DNA of 64,000 bases from Zygnema circumcarinatum SAG 698-1b (taxonomy: Eukaryota; Plantae; Zygnematophyceae): NCBI GenBank assembly GCA_037447605.1, contig CM074814.1:1860001-1924000 (forward strand), in the 5' to 3' direction. The notes beneath the pieces were generated by a model that was given only the letters and a program-made list of their open reading frames with translations, ran no database searches and had not been told where the DNA came from. Shown piece by piece: positions 40,788-52,485 of the stretch; the first letter of the stretch is position 1; every line of letters starts with the position of its first letter. Made by a program: the position numbers and the translations under genes.

Positions 40788-41030
40788 AAACCAGTCGACT
40801 GGTTGGCAACCAGTGGTTGCGGACCGAAACAACCATTCGACTGGTTGCCAACCAGAGGCTCAGGACCGAAACAACCATTCGACTGGTTTGGAACAAAAAA
40901 TGCCACTGGTTGGCAACCATTCGACTGGTTGCCAACCAGTGGTTGCGGACCGAAACAACCATTCGACTGGTTGCCAACCAGTGGTTGCGGACCGAAACAA
41001 CCAGTCGACTGGTTGCCAACCAGTAGACGT
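40788..41030. repeat. 42-bp minisatellite (about 5-6 units, AACCATTCGACTGGTTGCCAACCAGTGGTTGCGGACCGAAAC) with internal palindromes
   Basis: Unit read directly; translates as 14-aa repeats such as HSTGCQPVVADRNN. Confidence 0.85.
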
Positions 41031-41766
41031 CCAACCATTGCCATCCAATGGTTGTCCAATGGTTGCCGATCCACGGGTGCCGAATGTTGACATTCGGCAC
41101 CCGGGGGGGCGTCTCCAGACTCTCCACTAGGGCTTGTCAGACTTAGCAGAAAGTTACGAAAAGTTCGCGATCAGTATTGCGAAAAGAAAAGCTACTGATG
41201 CCTGATAATAATTGCTTTGCCGAACCTGAGCCGAACCTGTTGCAAGACAACTTTACGGACGGCGCGTCCTAAACGTACTGACCGTACATATCGTCCGTAC
41301 GAATTCATCCGCAGCTAAAAGAGATGCGGACGGGCGGAGTGACGAAACGGGCGTTATCGTGACGCCATGGCGGTCCGGGCGTCCCCCTTCCTGCCCGCCG
41401 CCGCCTCCCGCCTCCTCCCCCTCCCCCTCCCCCTCCGCCCGCCATGGCCCGCCCTTCCAGTCAGCTCCCGTACGTTTGCCGCCGCCCGCGCGCGGGCGGA
41501 CGCGGCTACGTCGCGTCACGATCACGGTCAGCTTCGCGAGCTCAGTTTTTACGGACGTTGACTCGAAAAGTTGGGGAAAGCTCGCGATCGTGTTACGGAC
41601 TTTTTTGAAGTCTGACAACGCCTTCTCCCCAGTGAAGGTACGCTGTTTGGCGGGAGAAACCACGGATTGCCACGTTGGCACAATGGATGACGTGGCAGGT
41701 TGTGATTGGACCAGTTGAGACATCAGCACGCTCAAGGAAACTCGTCTTGGTGTTCCTTCTAAGGCC

Positions 41767-44700
41767 ATGGCGCTGCACGCAGGGGCCCCTTCGGTCTTGG
41801 CAGCGCCGCCATGGCGGCGGGCGGGCCGGAGAGTGGAGCCCGCCTGGAGGGTTGCGGGGCCGCGGGCGCAGGCCCGGGCGGCAGGTCAGCCACACAGCTG
41901 CCTTCTTCTTGCTGCAAGGCTGCGAACAGCTGTAACCATAACTTCAAGAACAGGCTTCTGATAGCGCTTTTCATGTATGAAAATGCGCTCAATGAAGGAA
42001 GATGTGGAGAAGTTGCTAGGAAGTGTTTCCTCCTCAAGTTCACGATGAAACGATGAAAACGGGCAAGAGTTTGTTAAAGACCTGCATTTTGGTTTGATGA
42101 GAAGACGTGCGAATTGGGAAGCAAGATAACTATGCGAAATCTTGTTCTAGTTGTGACGAGCGGCAGCTCTAAGGATGCAGGGAACAAAGTTCATTCCGAG
42201 GCTATTACTTTCTCACAGTAATCGCCTGCCTGACTTTTCGGGCTTTTTAGCAATTCCTGCTGTTGTCCTAAACCACTTTACGTATAATCTGTCAATTTTT
42301 AACGAAAGATAGAGCGAACGTTGCATTTGCCCTTCTTGGAGTGACAAGCGGGGGAAAAAAAAAAGCTAACAGCGACATATGAGCCAACTCGCCAGCATAA
42401 CAGGAATTTTGCCAAACACAACATAGGTGATATTCCAGCGCTATGAATAATTTCTTGGGGGGGGAGATTCTCACTTGTTCTTTTAGGATAGAAACGCCGG
42501 GAAAAAAACGAATAAGAAACGGATAGAACCGTTTTTACGAATCGCGCTACATTGTTTAAAATCAGGTCAATCTGAACAATATTTCTCCAAAAGCACATAC
42601 GTAGTACAAGAGCTGTTGATGAAAAATCCCTTGCATGCTTGATCTTTGCTTTCGACACCCTCGACATTGGCTCAAGTTCACACAGTGAGCGATGAAAACG
42701 TAATGACTCAAGAGTTTTCTTCCTTAAAACAAAGGGAGATATTGTCGGTGTGTAGGCCTGGTAATTCGCACCAAGTGATTACACGACTGTGACGCTTCCA
42801 TAGAAGGGATGGAGTGGAGTGAGGCCTCATTTCTTGCTACTGGTGATTGCTTGCAGACCTTGTGAAGCTTGGCGGAACTTCCCTCCAGGTTTCACCTTTA
42901 GGCATCGGCACCTTGCAATGGGGGGACCCTCGAAGCGGCTTCGGCACAAGCTACAACGAGACAGGACTGTCAGAGGCCTTCGATGTGCTTGTTGATGGAG
43001 GCATCAACTTTTTTGACACTGCTGAGGTGCGGATGTGAGAGCTGGTTCACATTCTTTTCTAAAGTGTAGGATGGGGTCTGTTGGGGATGTTGTCACTTAC
43101 AGAGCTTTCTGCATTTCTCTCCTTACAAAGACAACGTGAAATTTAGTGTGAATGATGACTATGTAATTACCTGAAACGGGAATCATCTTGGAAATAATGA
43201 CTGTCAGCCGCTACTCGACCCTACCGAGATGCGTTATTGTTCGACTACTTTGTGTGGCAAGCATGAAAAAGCGGGTCGTTCTGCTTCATTTATCTTTGGC
43301 AAACCTTCCAACTCTCCTAGTTCACTTCTGATTCCGATTGTTCCAAGCCTGAGAAGGGGGATCACGAGATGGATGCCGGCACCAGGTATACGGCTATCAG
43401 AACATTGAAGCAGGACAATCTGCTGAGCAGCTTATCGGCCGATTTATGGAACGTTCTATTGTTCAAGCGGCGTCTGCCCCGCCTGTCGTGGCAACAAAGT
43501 TCTTCACTATCCCGTGGACGAAATTTCTTGTGGGTTCGTGTTTTCCCCTAACATTTGCAGTTTTGATGACTTGATGGTTGAGTTAGTTCTGAGGATTTGC
43601 TGGTAGGAAATGACGCTACTTCACAAACCCATGTTGCAGCAAACGAACAATCTATATACCTCTAACTCAATTCCGTCCTTCCAACCAAAAGAAATCAGCA
43701 AGCATCCCGTGAAATGCCTGAGCGTCGCCTCAGCAGTTGACAAGAAAGTCAGTTGAACTCACTAGCTGTCAGCCTGTGGAACAGGCATTGTAAAAGAGAT
43801 TGTTGAGGGCTGCCTGTCTCCTGCTCTGTGTCCACACATGCAGGCAACAGTTGTCAGTTGCCCTCACAACGACCTGACTCAACTGTTTGAATGCGGCTTC
43901 GAGGCAGGTGGAGGGTGGAGGTTGGGGCGAAGCTCAATGGTTCCGGCACTGCGAGAGAGCCTCAGACGAATGGGCAGAGATCGAGTGGACCTGTGGCAGG
44001 TGGATTCGTGTCTCCCATTCAGGACTAGTGACTGCATGCTAGAGACAGGGCAGACCTAGTTCAAGCTATGTTCAGCTTTTTGCTGTTACGTTCTGTCTGT
44101 TGAATTCCTTTTCTTTTTGTTTTTCAAGTGCAGATTCACTTTCCTTTTCCTACAATATCCAACAAAGCTCTCATGGAGGGCTTGAAGGAAGCAGTGGATG
44201 TTGGCCTTACGAAAGCTGTTGGAGTATCCAATTACAGCAAGGAACAAGTATGTTGCCTTTCTTTACAAGATGTTCCCTTGTAATCTCTTCTGTCGACCTC
44301 TTTGATCCTTTCGCTGTTTGCCATGAGAGGAGGTTATGGAGACAGAAATGACTTAATTTGAATTGATGATCGTCGCTAGTCTATCACTTTTCAAACCGCA
44401 ACTTCTTTATAACTAGCTTTCTCTGACCTTCCAGATGGAAGAAGCGCATCATTTACTAGAAAGCAATGGTATTCCTCTCGCGTCCAATCAAGTTCGTTAC
44501 AGGTTTGTGGGAGCTCTCCTTACCATTGTGAAGAAGGAGCAGGCGACAAACTGGGCATTCCACGGACCAGAGAACCTAGAGGCTTTATGTGTATATGTTG
44601 TCGGATCAGTTGCAAGCTCATCCACATTTCTTGGCTCTCATAGTTCTCTCTATTTTGCAGTCTCCTGAGTCGCGGACCTGAGAAGGACGGCCTGTTGGCT

Positions 44701-45871
44701 GCCTGCAAGGTGAGTTGGAGCGTGGAAGGAGTGCTGAGCTGGCACGTCTATTCTTTATTTGCATCTCCTTTGAACAACGTTGTAGGGTTTTTCGTCTCGC
44801 CTCCACCTCCCAGGAATGCTGTTTGAATTCTTATCATGTCGGACTCTCATGACATGACATCCAACTCATGACATGAGCGGAGATTTCAGGATCTCAATGT
44901 CACTCTGATCGCGTATTCTCCTCTTGCAACGGGGCTTTTGACGGACAAGGCACTGGAACGGAAAGATAAGCAGGCCTTGAAGGTAATCCTATGCTTGGAT
45001 CTGATATGGCAATGAAAAGTCCTTTACTTGAACTGCTGCACCGGTGTCTGTGGCAGGCAGGGGACGGGACTGTTGCAAAGGAGCTGAATGTGTGGACCTT
45101 GACATGAATCTGTTTGAAACTTGCAGGTGCAGCCGCTGCTCAGGCTCATGGCCTCTATTGGCGCACAGAGGGGCAAATCAGTAACGCAGGTACAAGCACC
45201 GGTGTCACGCTTTTCCTGTGTGCACTTAAAGAGTTAAGAATAAGAGTTTCATTATTGTTTGGGCTCGCCCACCCAGAGATTCCTCAACGGGAGGTGCTTT
45301 TTGCTTGCCTCTGAGGAGGAACAGGTGGCTCTGAACTATCTCATCTGTAAAGGAGCCATCCCAATTCCAGGGTGAGTCATGTAATTTGATAGGCGTCGGA
45401 GGGGGTTGGTGGTGTTGCACATCTTTAACAAGAGAATCTGGCAATGTGTAAGCAGCTTTCCAACAGGGACAAGGCAGGAAAGAGTCACGATGGGCTCAGG
45501 AGGTTAATCTTGTCATGCATAAAAACTGGGTCTTCGGCTTGTTCGCGGAAGCAGGTGCAAGTCGGTTGAGCATGCGAGGAGCCATTTGGAAGTCCTCGGC
45601 TGGCGGCTCGATGCTGATGAAGGTGAGAGCGCTGACATCATTACTCGCTCGGTGCCGGTGTCGGTTTATTGGCAAGAAGCCTAAACATGCTGAAGCCCCT
45701 AAAAAACTCTAAAAGCTACTGCAAGGAGGAAGAAGTGTATGAACCTGGCAATTTCCATTACCTCCGGGTTATGGGTTACGGTTGTTATTGGAGCTGCGCT
45801 CACATTCTTTATTGCTTGTGCCTTCTGCAGTGGCATCGCTTGAAGGCAAAGTGGGGGCCTTGGGCCTGTGA
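41767..45871 (+). CDS. Plastid-type aldo-keto reductase (pyridoxal reductase-like), multi-exon; possible alternative first exon 41367..41526
   Basis: LGGTSLQVSPLGIGTLQWG, GGINFFDTAEVYG, VATKF, VDLWQIH, AVGVSNY, LASNQ, LIAYSPL, QVALNYL..KGAIPIPG. Confidence 0.88.
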
Positions 45872-46486
45872 TTGAGTTAAAAAAAGGGATGTTTCTCCCA
45901 CTTTGTCGTAGATTGGTTCCATTGTTGCGTTTGCTTTTCTAGAGATTTTAGAATTCTTAGGGTTGTTTTGTAGCATCTGGTCACAGACAATGTCCAGCTC
46001 GTCGTGAATCTACATAGTATCGATCAAATCCGCAAGACTTTGAGCTGTGAATGTAACCTGAGGGAGGTGTCGTGCGGCTTAATTTTTGACTTTGCTTGTA
46101 GTTTGGATTTCTTCGTGTAACTTTCATCTTTGACTTTGGAGTCCTCATGATAGTCATCCAATATTCATTCTTTGCCTCTTGCCTAAAGTTTATTCAGAAA
46201 TAACTTTCATTCCTGTTCTCGCCCATCCTCCAAGAGGTCAGCAGATAAGCACAGCACAACGTGAGACCTCGAGAGTGCCCAGACATCACCAGCTGAACTG
46301 GAGCAACAACAGAACGTTTCATTTTTAAAAAAGCACTCCACACAAAATAAGGTACACAACACAATGCTACCTAAGGACGACACAACTTTGCAATATACAG
46401 CTCCTTCCTCCCTTCCTACCTCCCTCCCTCCCTTACGCGGAGAAGAGGTCTCCTTATCTCCTCTGCACAATACTGCCTGCCGCATG

Positions 46487-49400
46487 CTATGGCAGATAAA
46501 GATGTTGGCCTTCGTATATGTAGTTTCTTTCGCAAACCTGCAGGAAGGGTAAGTCTTGTTAGGTAGGGAGAGGGGGGAGAGGGGATGGGGATGGGAGCAT
46601 TAAGCAAAGCAACAAACAATGGAACTTACCTCAGGGTTCAGTTCATAAAATCTGGAGCTAGGATTGCAATAGTGCTCCGGTATGATGCCCGCCAGGCGAT
46701 CTCCAGGCTTCACCACGTACACTCTGTGCACAGATTTGAATCAGAGCCTGGAATGAGTTTATAGAACAACAAGGCAATTTTTTCTCACGATTCGAAATGT
46801 ACGAGCATTACCATTGACTTCATAATATGCTCTCTTCCAGCAAAAATAAGAGGTCAAACGGCTTTCAACTCAACACATTTCAGACACGTCACATACACAT
46901 GGCATGCATCATCAGTTACGGCGTAATGGAGCACATCAGCAAGGGACAGTTCCGTACAGAATGCTGAGATCATTATGCAAAATAGCTTCACTCCAACACC
47001 TATCAGTCGTAACTTTGGAGGTACTGAGCAGTAAGCAGGGGAGAAGGAGCGGAGGAGAGCGGTTCGGGAGCCGGGGAGAAGGTTATAGTCCTAGTGGAGA
47101 GGAACACCTTTTACACTTGCCGGATCAAATGCTTCTTTGACCAGCAATGTGTATATATATATAGAAAGCCATATCAACCACACGCTGTACATAGCAATAT
47201 GCCATTGTATTAGTCAAACGACTGTCCCGAGTTTGACTGTGGATGATTTGGAAAAGTAGTTTGTCAATGGTAGAAACTGCCTGGGGATGCCTGGACAACC
47301 TGCTATAGCGGTGTAAAAAGACAGACTGGCTAACCGGTCAAGATGGTTCGGATGGAGAGGCAGTTTTATCAGACTGCAGTGGGGATTGAAACCTACCCGC
47401 TAGGCCTATGTCTTCTGGCGAAGCACCCCAAAAAGAGCCCACGCGCATGGCACAAGCAGGCCGTAATCGTAAGTCAGAGGATCCCCCAGGCTGCCTCAAT
47501 CCTAAGCCACTGCACAAAACCACCACTATGGCCCCAAACCAGCAGCAACCATCTGCCTTTCTCCAGAGTTCTTCACCATCACTCATAACTCCAAGCACAC
47601 TCAATTCAGACATACACAAAGATCAGTCTCAGAGTCAACCAGAGGCAGACAGTTCCAAAATCAGTGGAGTTCCAAGTCAATAAAAACACGAGCAAGCAAC
47701 TAACCTTCGCTTGCGATTTCCTCTGGGCCAGAAGAAGAGAAGAGCAACAACTATCGCAGCGACACCTCCAGCGACCTGCACAAGGCAAGTATTGAAGGAG
47801 GAGATGATCAGATGTTTCAACGCATAGAATCGGAAAAACCTCGTCATGCTTTTGAGGTGTGAGCTTCAGATTAAGAAGCTGCTATGGTGAAAATTGCACA
47901 TGAGTGTATGGACATTCAACTTCCGGGGAAAGCAAGCAAGAGGATTGAGATGTCAAAGTTGTAAGTTTCAAAACTAACAATAAGTTACGTCTCCTGAGCC
48001 TCCTCTGCCACAGACTATTTCCAGACCACGACATCCAACTCTCCCCCAAAAATCTAAAACCTAACTCCCAAAGGATCTGATTTCCCAAGAGGGTCAATGA
48101 ACTGGTGGCTGCTTGTTTGTAAGATTTTGTGCAAAAACCTGAGTGAGGATTGGCACAGTTTCTTCCTGCTAACATTTGTTTACAGGCGCCTGCTTCATTT
48201 GTAGATACAAAAATGGAAAATGCCCAAGTCGATAGGAAGTGACACTTCTCACCGGGATAGACCTACTAACCTGTTTGACAAGCATGTTCAATGGCTGTTC
48301 CTCTATAGTCGGAGCATCCTGAGTCTGCTTTCTCAAAGCTCCACTGCTGCGGCTTCCATAATCATCGCCCTGAGACATCCCCCAAAATACTTCAGCAACG
48401 AGAAAGTATATGTAAATCTGCCGAATTGTGAAGACCTTGTAATGGGACCTAACTGGACTGAAAGCAGTCAGACATATTATCCTACTAGGATTTGTCCAAG
48501 CGAATTCCGGTTTTCGGTAGCTCTGAGAGCCATTTCCCGAGGAGGAACATCGGTGGAAATGTAGTGAGTGCTGAATAGGTGACGGAAGTCCCTCTTAAGG
48601 GCGTGTGTGTGTGGTTGGTTTCATAAGCGAGGATTTGACACAGCCATCTACTTGTACTTGTTCTTATGGTGAAGAATCTGACTAAAACAGGGAGCAAGAT
48701 AAGTACTAATGGAATAGGCAGAAGGAAAAGGGAACCCTGCCTGGTCACTCATACTTCAGGAGTCAATAAGCCTAACGACACTTTCTAAAGTTCTAGGCCG
48801 ATACCCGTTCCGTCCTATATACTTGCTCTAACAAAGATCAACGAAAAAGATCAGCATGTTTCAGCAGAAAATGGGCAGAGATGAGTGATTGGCCAACACT
48901 TACCACAGAAATTCCCCGTCTGAGAAGCTCTTGTCGCCTTAGCTCCTCCGCCGCGGCAAGCGCTGCAGTCTCATGTTGGAGCCTCTCCGAAGCCTGCTGC
49001 CTAGTCAAGCTTCCAGCAGGGGCTCCCTCCACCTCCTGCAGATTCGCATAGCAGACAAATGAGATATGGGAAACACAAACAAAAGCATACAGCAGAATGT
49101 CTGCGACTGAAGGCAATAATTCTTACAGCGTACCATCTAAAGCAGGTTTTAAGGAAAATATCTAGTCACAAACCCCAAAAGTCTCCTCCACTTATGCTAT
49201 CCAAATTCTCTCCTCACCTTCTTGAGATTTTCGATGGCCTTGATGCGATTCCGCACTTGCTCATATGGAGACGTATCGACCTCAGACTTTCCAGGTGAGC
49301 CCGCACCCACAGCTCCCGCATAGCTGGAACGCACGTCTCCCGAGGAATTAGCTGGAACAGGTGAAGGCCTCTCTCCAATTGGTGGAGAAGATCCGCCAGT

Positions 49401-52178
49401 GGAAGGACTAAAAGTGGATGGAACAGCAGGGCTGTCGGCAAATAAAGTTGGCCTGAGATTGACTGGAGAAGGAGGACTGCGTTCAGGTGAGGAAGTCTGA
49501 ACGAGTGGGGGACTGCTGGATGATACAGGAGGCACACGTTGTGAAGGAGGAGAAGTGGGTGTATCTGGAGAAGGTGCAGGAGCAATGGCTTCTGATGCAG
49601 TAGTTGCAGAAGCAACATTGGCTGCCACAGAGGGGGTGGGCTCTATTGGAGCAGATTTTGGTTGTTCAGAAGCGGCAGCAGCTGCTGCTGTACCATTGGC
49701 TGCCACAGAGGGGGTGGGCTCTAATGGATCAGATTTTGGTTGTTCAGAAGCGGCAGCAGCTGCTGCTGCACCATTGGTTGCCACAGAGGGGGTGGGCTCT
49801 ATTGGAGCAGGATTTGGTTGTTCAGAAGCGGCAGCTGCTGCTGCAGCAGCAGCAGCTGCTGCCTCTTGCTTCTTCTTTGCAGCATTAGCTCGCTGCAAAA
49901 ACGAAAGTATGAAGTATCAGCATGACTTCGTGCATAGTCTTACTGTATTCCAAATGCAATAAGGAAGTGCTGGGCACTACATTAGGCAGTCAAGAGGGAA
50001 TATAGTCAAGATTATAAGGCACGATAGTTGAGCCCGGGAAACGAAAGACCTACCATACAAATGAATGCCAAAAACAGTTTTCACAAACATAGTTGAAATG
50101 CTCACCATTGCTGCAATCTTCGCACGTTCTTCATCGGTAAGAACGAAGGTTGTCTTGACATGAATCCTTCCACCATTGTTGAAGCTCACAAATTCATCTC
50201 GGAACCCTTTTTCTACAATTGACGGCACACTTATTGCTGGCCCACCACAAAAAAAAATTGCCAAGGTCAGGACTGCATGTAAAAAACGACCTACTTGAGA
50301 CTTCCAACATACCTTCTCTCTTGCTCTGTAAAAATCAATGAAATACATAAGATTATAAGTGTACATGGTTCCAGACCTATTCCGACAAATACCAGGGTCA
50401 AAATTCAATGAAGCAGATGCCATTCAAAGAAAACAGAGCATAAGTATATATATTATTTCACATCCTATTATGAGTTTGCAGACAGTGAGGCGGTTGCTAA
50501 TCTGCACAATGTACACTTTTCCTATACTCGCTTCCAAAAAAGATACAATGAGAGTTAAACTACTTACAAGCTTGACCAACTGGGGCTTCAGTCTTCGCGT
50601 CAAATAGCACTAACGTTACAGGCTCTCCCAAATTGAGCACAGGACTGCAACAAAAAAACGGAGCATCCATCATCTAAACGCTTGTACCTAGGGAACCACG
50701 CTTTTTTGTCTTTCCACAAAAAGCTAAACAAGGGTTGATCTAATTTTGCCGAGACATACCTTACAATACTCAAGGACAACACATGCTTTACACGAAAAAT
50801 CCTCTAACTATGAATGTCCGCTGGTAAATCCTCTAACTATGAATGCTCGGTGGTCATTTTGAGAGCCAAGCAGTGCTCCAGAAACACTACTTAAACAATA
50901 TAGGAAAAAAAGCCAAAATAAAACATTAATTTCAGCACAAATGCTGGACATTTTGAAGAAAGGAAAGGACAAGTTTGCATCAACTGGAGTAAAGATTCAA
51001 CCTAGTTCTGCGGGCAAAAAATTACAAGGCAGCTTACAAGTTGAAATCAGAGAGAAATGGGCGAATGGACGATGAGCCCGATGCCGCACCAAACGCAGCT
51101 TGTGCTCCCGTCGCATGTTCGGCTTTTCCCACTTTCACTGAAAGCCAGTCCAAAGACACGGTCCATACCTGACTGATTGCACTTTCACGGTACTAATCAG
51201 AACATATGACTACATGAAGTGGAAAAACCGGGGCCCATTCGAAAACTTGCCGCTCAAAACTTAGAATAATAGATTCTACAACATTTTTGCCTCCACTTGT
51301 GGACCAAGAACAGGTGCAGAAGCTGGCTCTTCTCAAAAGGTTCGTCCATCTGCGGACTCTAATATTTGTTGTAGCCGGAGAGGTCTACATGTGCGGATCT
51401 TTCTCGAGGCTCACATGCACTATTGTCAAAACAGGAAAGCCTATTGCATGCTCAAATGTTCCATTGCAACTGTCAGAAAAATGTACAATGTACTAAGAAA
51501 GCAAGAACTCACCTTTTACAGCATACTTTTTACCCGCCTCCGCTGTTTGACAGGACACACAAAAGTCAGTTTGAGCTCACATAGGACACAAGTTCCTTAC
51601 GAACGGTTCGCTTTACTAATAACTTCCCTCTAAAGAGAGATGTAGCCCAGAAATGCAAACAGAACTCCGTGACAGAGTTGGTCTTGACAAGACCTGGGCG
51701 GCCAGCAACTGCCCGGGCTTCCTGGCTCCTACTCTCTGCCAGCAACTATTGCAGGAGCTCCAATGAATTTCAGTTATTGCGTCAATCGCTGCTCATTGTT
51801 CATGAAATACACTCATCGCCTTTGTACTTCCAAACATGAAAAGGTGTAGTCATTGCCTGGCCCTACAGTCTCGTTGAAATTTCCTCAGATATAAGTACTG
51901 AAACAAAACATTTTGCAGCGCAGAACATTCTGCGCGGAAGGTCCTTACCTCCTGTGTCTGGAAGGTCCACCACCTCCAAAACTGCAGAGGCACAACAGCA
52001 TACAGCGAGTCAACAGTGACGGCAATGCTCAAACAGGACAGTACTCCCGCCAACAAGAGCCAACTGTAACGAGCTGCACGCCCTGCATTAAGCTCTGCAG
52101 CAAGAAAAGGCAACCTTGCGAATCTAAAAAGGTCTAAGAGGAGAGCTGCTCACCCGTAACCCTAATGCTGCCCGGCAT
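46487..52178 (-). CDS. Membrane protein: N-terminal C2-like domain, Ala/Pro/Ser-rich linker, coiled coil, one TM helix, C-terminal LysM domain
   Basis: Start MPGSIRVT; IVEKGFRDEFVSFNNGGRIHVKTTFVLTDEERAKIAAM; TM VAGGVAAIVVALLFFW (47705..47775); LysM VYVVKPGDRLAGII...FYELNPE-VCERNYIYEGQHLYLP (46630..46723, 46487..46537); splice phases checked from the 50.1-kb exon to the stop. Confidence 0.75.
49610..49845. repeat. Three 78-bp coding repeats (SEQPxxxPxEPTPSVAxNGxAAAAAA)
   Basis: TTGTTCAGAAGCGGCAG recurs at 78-bp spacing inside ORF 49197..49898. Confidence 0.85.
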
Positions 52179-52380
52179 GGCTACGGCTCTCCGCAGCCCC
52201 ACCCTCCCGCCACCAGCGCGCTTCCCTGCCTCTTCCCTCTCCGCCTCTCCTTTCCGCTCCCACTCCCTCTCCTTCGCCCTCCCTCGCCCAGCTTTGAGAG
52301 CACTATCCGCCTCGAGCTCCGAATCTCGCGGGCCTGCGGGAGGCCAATCTTGAGTAGCCTTGGCACGTGTGAACTAAAGC

Positions 52381-52430
52381 ACAGGGGGGGGGGGGGGGGG
52401 NNNNNNNNNNGGGGGGGGGGGGGGGGGGGG
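52381..52430. other. Assembly gap (10 N at 52401-52410) inside a poly-G run in a divergent promoter
   Basis: N bases flanked by long G homopolymers. Confidence 0.95.
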
Positions 52431-52485
52431 CGCGAGAGAGGGACAGGGAGAGGGTGGAGCGGGAGTGGGAGGATTGGGGGCGGCC

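Noticed and set aside
40387-41130. 247-aa ORF with 14-aa repeats, and CRISPR-like appearance
   Set aside because: Frames stay open because the 42-bp unit lacks stops; no unique spacers or cas genes; eukaryotic context
41074-41131. Helitron 3' end (hairpin plus CTAG)
   Set aside because: Hairpin is about 24 nt from CTAG and the next base is G rather than T; no 5' TC end identified
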